Assembly (NCBI GenBank): GCA_963716815.1
Contig: CAVQUM010000022.1
Location: forward strand, 42,111 to 106,110
Reading direction: 5' to 3'
Source of the DNA: an uncultured Chloroflexia bacterium
Lineage (GTDB): Bacteria > Chloroflexota > Limnocylindria > Limnocylindrales > CSP1-4
DNA: 64,000 nt
This document shows, one piece after another, positions 59,376-64,000 of this stretch (the first letter of the stretch is position 1; every line of letters begins with the position of its first letter). The notes under the pieces were generated by a model. That model was not told the origin of the DNA and did no database searches. It worked only from the letters and a program-made list of their open reading frames with translations. The position numbers and the translations under genes were made by a program.

Positions 59376-61063
59376 CAGGCCTCGAGCGGGCCCGGCGGGG
59401 TTGGGCCGCCGCCCTCGCCCGCGAGCAGTCGGCGGTGGAAGGAGATCGGCAGGCTGCCCGAGTAGAGCAGCGCGTCGTGGAAGCCCTTGAGCGAGAAGGC
59501 CGCGCCCAAGCGCGCCCGCTCGTCCTCGCGCAGTCGCAGCAGTAGCTGCCTGCCCAGCAGGTACGAGAGGTTGTAGCTGGGGGTCATGGTGTAGCGCTGG
59601 ACCTCTGCCCGCGCCACCGCCCGCTCGAAGCCGGTGTGCTCCACGAGGAAGTCGACGCCCTCGTCCACGCCGATCTGCCCACGGTGCAGGCGGATGTCGA
59701 GGATGATGCGGGCAGCCCGCCAGATGGCGTCGGTGGCCACGATGACGCGGCGCTCCGGGCTGTCTTCGAAGCCCTCCTCCAGCATCATCTGCTCGCAGTA
59801 CATGCCCCAGCCCTCGATGAACTCGGGCGCCTCCACCATCAGCCGTGCCGGCGTGGGCGTGGACAGCGCGGCCGACAACTGCAGGTGGTGCCCCGGGTAG
59901 GCCTCGTGCACGCTGGTATTCACGATCGAGGACCAGTTGTGCTCGAGCATGGCGCCCGGGTCGTCGTCGACCGAGGGCGTGACCACGTAGGTGCCGCGGA
60001 TGGGCCGGTCGAAGGCGGCGGGGTTGAAGTAGGCCGCCAGCGGCAGGGTGTTGCGCATGTGCACGGGCGTGGGCACGACCTCGAGCACGTCGCCCTCCGG
60101 CAGGGTGGCCAAGTCACGCTCGGCGATGTACGCCCGGGCACGCAGCATGGCTTCGCGGTATGCGCGCAGTGCGCTCTCGAAGTCGGGCGGTCCCTGCGCC
60201 TTCACGCGTGCGACGACCTCGGCCTCGCGGAGCGCCGGGTCGATGGCTCGTCCCGCGACCCTGCGCGCCTCGTGCTGGACCTCCAGTTGCTCGAGGCCCA
60301 CGGCCAGGATGTCGTCGGTGCTGAGACCGTCGAAGGCGCGGGCAGCGATGAGCTCGTCGAGCGCGGCCGCGCCCAGCGCGGTGTGCTCGCCGGCCTGCTC
60401 CGACCGTGCTCCGATCCAGGCCCCATAGTCCGCGAGCGCAGCTTCGGCCGCCTGTGCCGCAGCCTGCAGCCGGCTCATCTCGGGGCTGCCCTCCGGCCAG
60501 GCCGTCGCAGCGCTCGTGACGATCTCGCGCACGAGTATCGGCAGGTCTGCCGCCGCCGCCCGTTCCTGCTCCAGCCACAGCCGCACCCCATCGGAGCCCA
60601 GCCGGTCGCGGACCGCCAGCAACGCGGCAGGGACGCCCTCGATGCGCTCGGTGATCGAGACCAGCCGCTCCTCGAGCGGGGCGAACTCACGCGCCAGCAG
60701 CAGGAACAGTGCCTCCCCGATCTCCTCGGTCGCGTTGCTCGTGCGCTCCCACACGCGCACGACCTCGTCCTCGATCAGGCGCAGGCGGGCGCCGTGCAGG
60801 GCCAGCTCGCGTTCGAAGGCGACGGGTCCGCTGAGCGTGGCTGGGTCCACCGCCTCGAGCCGACGCACGAAGGCGTGCTCGGCAGCGATGTCGGCCTCCT
60901 TGGCGGCCCGCGAGAGGTCGGGCAGGCGGCCATCGTGCTGATGCAGGCCCAAGCGCGTCGCGTGGCCGGGCCAGGTCTCCACCCACGCTTCGAAGCGTGA
61001 CTCGATGAGCACGCCTGCGAGCGCGTCGGGGGTCGTCTGCACCGCGGTCTCCGCGGCGCTCAA
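59375..61063 (-). CDS. DUF885-family protein (putative metallopeptidase)
   Basis: HEAYPGHHLQ, FIEGWGMYCE, WRAARIILD, SYLLG, FHDALL..G.LP. Confidence 0.9.
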   Translation of the reverse strand: MSAAETAVQTTPDALAGVLIESRFEAWVETWPGHATRLGLHQHDGRLPDLSRAAKEADIAAEHAFVRRLEAVDPATLSGPVAFERELALHGARLRLIEDEVVRVWERTSNATEEIGEALFLLLAREFAPLEERLVSITERIEGVPAALLAVRDRLGSDGVRLWLEQERAAAADLPILVREIVTSAATAWPEGSPEMSRLQAAAQAAEAALADYGAWIGARSEQAGEHTALGAAALDELIAARAFDGLSTDDILAVGLEQLEVQHEARRVAGRAIDPALREAEVVARVKAQGPPDFESALRAYREAMLRARAYIAERDLATLPEGDVLEVVPTPVHMRNTLPLAAYFNPAAFDRPIRGTYVVTPSVDDDPGAMLEHNWSSIVNTSVHEAYPGHHLQLSAALSTPTPARLMVEAPEFIEGWGMYCEQMMLEEGFEDSPERRVIVATDAIWRAARIILDIRLHRGQIGVDEGVDFLVEHTGFERAVARAEVQRYTMTPSYNLSYLLGRQLLLRLREDERARLGAAFSLKGFHDALLYSGSLPISFHRRLLAGEGGGPTPPGPLEA

Positions 61064-62151
61064 GCCGCGACCGAGAGGCCGGTGGCAGCCAGCGCCGCGC
61101 GCGTGATGTCCAGGGCACGCTCGATGTCGGCACGCTCGATGCCGTAGTGGGTGAGTGCGCGCACCCGACCGCCGGGGTACTCGATATAGGCCAGTCCGCG
61201 TGACCGGGTCTCGGCCATGAAGGCGGCCCGGGCCTCGAGCGGGTCCTGACCTGGGCGCGGCTGCACGCCGAAGACGATGTAGTTGGTCGTGACCCGCGCA
61301 GGATCGAGTCCCACGACCCCATCCATGTTCGCCAGCCCCTGCGCCAGGACGGCGGCGTTGACGTGATCGTCGGCGAGCCGCGTGATCATCCCGTCCGGCC
61401 CGTCACTGAGCGCGACCAGCCCGGCTGCGGCGATGATCCCGGCCTGGCGCATGGCGCCGCCCACGAGCTTGCGCGCGCGATGGGCGCGCCTGATGAAGTC
61501 GTGCGGCCCGACCACGATGGAGCCCACCGGGCAGGCCAGCCCCTTGGAGAGGCAGAAGGTGGCGGTGTCGGCTGGCGCCAGCAGGTCTGCCGCCGTGGTG
61601 CCCAGGGCGACCACGGCGTTGAACAGCCGCGCGCCGTCGATGTGGAGCGGCACGCCGCCCTCGTGGGCCACGTCCGCCAGCCGCGCGGTGTACTCGGCGC
61701 CGACGGGCTGCCCGAGGGTGGGGGAGTGCGTGTTCTCCAGGGTCACCAGTGCCGTCGGCGGCTGGTGGGCGTCGTCCGGTCGGAAGGCCGCGCGGACCTC
61801 GTCAAGATCCATCGTGCCGTCGGCTCGGGCGGTGATGGCCCGGGCTGTGGCGCCCGTGATGACGGCGTAGCCGCCCGCCTCCATCTGCAGCAGGTGGGCG
61901 CCGGCGTCGACGATGATCTCGCCGCCGCGTGGCACGTGGGCGATGTGCGAGACGAGGTTGCCCATGGTGCCGCTGGCGACGAAGAGGGCGCCCGGCTTGC
62001 CGGTCAGCTCGGCGGCGCGCTCCTGCAGCGCGATGACCGTGGGGTCGTCGCCAAAGACGTCGTCACCGACCTGCGCCCCTGCCATGGCCCGGCGCATGGC
62101 AGGGGTGGGCTGGGTCACGGTGTCGGAACGGAGGTCGATGAAGTCGGGCAT
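61060..62151 (-). CDS. ltaE: Low-specificity L-threonine aldolase
   Basis: [42 protein letters not shown] lysine. Confidence 0.93.
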   Translation of the reverse strand: MPDFIDLRSDTVTQPTPAMRRAMAGAQVGDDVFGDDPTVIALQERAAELTGKPGALFVASGTMGNLVSHIAHVPRGGEIIVDAGAHLLQMEAGGYAVITGATARAITARADGTMDLDEVRAAFRPDDAHQPPTALVTLENTHSPTLGQPVGAEYTARLADVAHEGGVPLHIDGARLFNAVVALGTTAADLLAPADTATFCLSKGLACPVGSIVVGPHDFIRRAHRARKLVGGAMRQAGIIAAAGLVALSDGPDGMITRLADDHVNAAVLAQGLANMDGVVGLDPARVTTNYIVFGVQPRPGQDPLEARAAFMAETRSRGLAYIEYPGGRVRALTHYGIERADIERALDITRAALAATGLSVAA

Positions 62152-62220
62152 ATCGAACGAGCATATCCTCGAGCGCGACCCGGCGTACTCGGCCACTCTC
62201 TGCTACATTTCGTCTCCGCG

Positions 62221-62297
62221 GGACCCGTAGTGTAGTGGCCCAACACGCCAGCCTGTCACGCTGGAGATCGCCGGTTCGAATCCGGTCGGGTCCGCCA
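62221..62297 (+). tRNA. tRNA-Asp(GTC)
   Basis: GGACCCG/CGGGTCC acceptor stem, anticodon loop CTGTCAC, GTTCGAA, CCA. Confidence 0.97.
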
Positions 62298-62359
62298 GTC
62301 CCTGCTTCGCACCGGCCGCATCCTGTTGTGCCCGCCATGAGTGGAGGCGAGTAGGCCCG

Positions 62360-64000
62360 ATGAGCGACACGTCGAACGAAACGCGCCGAGCCGAGCGAGG
62401 CTCGAAGCTGCTCGTCATCGTCCTGGTGGGCATCTTCGTCTTTGGCATGTTCGGCTTCGCCGTGGCCGTCTTCGATGCGCGAGGCGAGCCCGGGCCGACC
62501 GCCCTGCCCGCACCCTCCCTGCCGGCCCTGCCCGCGCTGGCAGCGGACGAGCCGAGGCCCACGCCCGGGCCGACCGAACGCGCCGCCGGACGCATCCTGC
62601 TCGCCCTCGCCGAGATCGAGCCCTCGCCCGCCGCGAGCCCGAGTGCCGCATCCTCACCCACGGTCCGACTCTCGCCCGAGCCGAGCCTGAGCCCCGCTCC
62701 GGTGCCGTCGGCCGGCCCATCGGCGGACTCCACACTCGCGTCGGCCGACGCCACCGCGTCGCTGATGCCCGTCGTGCCGGTGACGGGGTTCTGGTCCAAG
62801 CGCGACCGGGTCAAGCGCGGCGCGGTCGTGCGTGCGCTCGAGTCGGGCAGGCTCAGCGGCTTCAAGCGTGTGGTCGTGGAGGAGGGCATCGCCGACGCCC
62901 TTGCCGCCGAGCTCGGGATCACCTTCCACGAGCGGGTCCGACGCCTGTCTCCCGAACAAGTCGCCCGGGCCGCGAGCAAGGGCGCATTGGGCCTGATGGC
63001 AGCGAGGAGCGTGCGCCCGTCCGTGCGCACCCTGGAGCTCGGCGGGACCTCGCTCACCGGCGTCGAGCGCGTGAAGCGCACCGAGGAGTGGCCGCTCACC
63101 GTCACGCTCACGATGCCGGCGGCCGAGTCATGGGACCAGAAGCACACCTGGACGCTGGTCGCTGGTGGCGACTCATTCACCGACCGCGGCGTCTACGACA
63201 CCGTCGTGCGCAAGGGCAAGGGCGTGGACTACCCCTTCGACGGCGGCACCGCGGAGGTCACCGGGCACGGTTGCTGCGACCCGGTCTTCAACGACAACAT
63301 CGTGCCGCGCTACAGGCTCACCGGCCACAAGGGCGCCGTGCGCCGGCTGTTCAAGCGGGCCGACCTGGCCGTGGCCAACCACGAGCAGCCGGTGACCGAG
63401 TCGGCCCAGGTCCACCGCAAGGGCACCCGTTTCAGCGGGAAGCCGGCGCTGACGCGCATCTTCACGCGCGCCGGCATCGACTTCCTGTCGCTGGCCAACA
63501 ACCACATCGGGGACTACGGCGCGGATGGTATCCGCGACACACGCCGCATCCTGCGTGAGCACGACATCGCCTTCGGGGGTGCGGGGAAGGACCTCGAGCA
63601 GGCGCGGGCGGTCAAGTTCCTCGACGCGCGTGGGACCAGGGTCGCGATCATCCCCTGCCTCGACATCGTGCGTGTCTACTGGGCCGGGGAGGGCAAGGCC
63701 GGGGCCACGCCGTGCGTCGACCAACTCATCAAGAAGGACATCCGCAAGGCCAAGCGCGCCGGAGCGGGCGTCATCATCGTCTTCCCGCACTGGGGCGTGG
63801 AGTACACGCGCCAGCCGCTCGATGCGATGCGGAAGCACGCGGCTCGCTGGGTCGATGCCGGCGCGGACCTGGTGCTCGGCGCTCACAGCCACGTGGCCGG
63901 TTCGATCGAGGAGATCGACGGCGTGCCCGTGCTCTATTCGCTGGGCAACCTCATCTTCGACCAGCACTGGTCCACCAACACCATGGAATCGGCCATGCTG
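62360..64000 (+). CDS. Membrane-anchored CapA-family metallophosphatase, truncated by window end (absent from ORF track)
   Basis: ATG 62360 after GGAGG; TM plus Pro/Ser linker; AGGD, ANHE, LANNHIGDYG, PHWGVEY, GAHSHV, YSLGN. Confidence 0.88.
   Translation, partial: MSDTSNETRRAERGSKLLVIVLVGIFVFGMFGFAVAVFDARGEPGPTALPAPSLPALPALAADEPRPTPGPTERAAGRILLALAEIEPSPAASPSAASSPTVRLSPEPSLSPAPVPSAGPSADSTLASADATASLMPVVPVTGFWSKRDRVKRGAVVRALESGRLSGFKRVVVEEGIADALAAELGITFHERVRRLSPEQVARAASKGALGLMAARSVRPSVRTLELGGTSLTGVERVKRTEEWPLTVTLTMPAAESWDQKHTWTLVAGGDSFTDRGVYDTVVRKGKGVDYPFDGGTAEVTGHGCCDPVFNDNIVPRYRLTGHKGAVRRLFKRADLAVANHEQPVTESAQVHRKGTRFSGKPALTRIFTRAGIDFLSLANNHIGDYGADGIRDTRRILREHDIAFGGAGKDLEQARAVKFLDARGTRVAIIPCLDIVRVYWAGEGKAGATPCVDQLIKKDIRKAKRAGAGVIIVFPHWGVEYTRQPLDAMRKHAARWVDAGADLVLGAHSHVAGSIEEIDGVPVLYSLGNLIFDQHWSTNTMESAML

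Overview
This is a very GC-rich bacterial chromosomal window. Gene content suggests Chloroflexota or a related Terrabacteria lineage, which is an inference. I saw no integrase, transposase, CRISPR-Cas or rRNA genes. Many genes carry 1-nt frameshifts that cluster in blocks (about 2.6-8, 28-33 and 47-54 kb) and are most likely long-read indel errors. Left to right, it holds: Nudix/SAM-methyltransferase/SDR genes; a split transketolase; a heat-shock operon hsp20-hspR-lon-dnaJ-like-clpB with a variant HAIR palindrome over its promoter; a palindromic repeat array; a K+ module (metallophosphoesterase, two KimA/YdaO-like transporters, USP, two TrkA/RCK); rsmG preceded by a structured non-coding region and a DnaA-box cluster; csoR with an operator; hpt; polar and branched-chain amino-acid ABC transporters; a 42-aa lipoprotein; a NYN RNase with a long RNase E-like disordered tail; holB; acyP; two cNMP-binding proteins plus a flavoprotein; GH13; UDG; ScyD/E; a sulfotransferase; MFS; two MarR-type ABC-2 export operons; tRNA-Arg; fumC; a candidate ~170-nt ncRNA; a HisA-like paralog; DUF885; ltaE; tRNA-Asp; and a truncated CapA-family gene. 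The best candidates for new biology are the NYN-IDR putative degradosome scaffold, two unannotated structured RNAs (21.6-21.8 kb next to DnaA boxes, and 58.4-58.6 kb), the multi-receptor K+/c-di-AMP-type operon, and the variant HspR operator. All assignments come from reading motifs by eye; no database searches were run.
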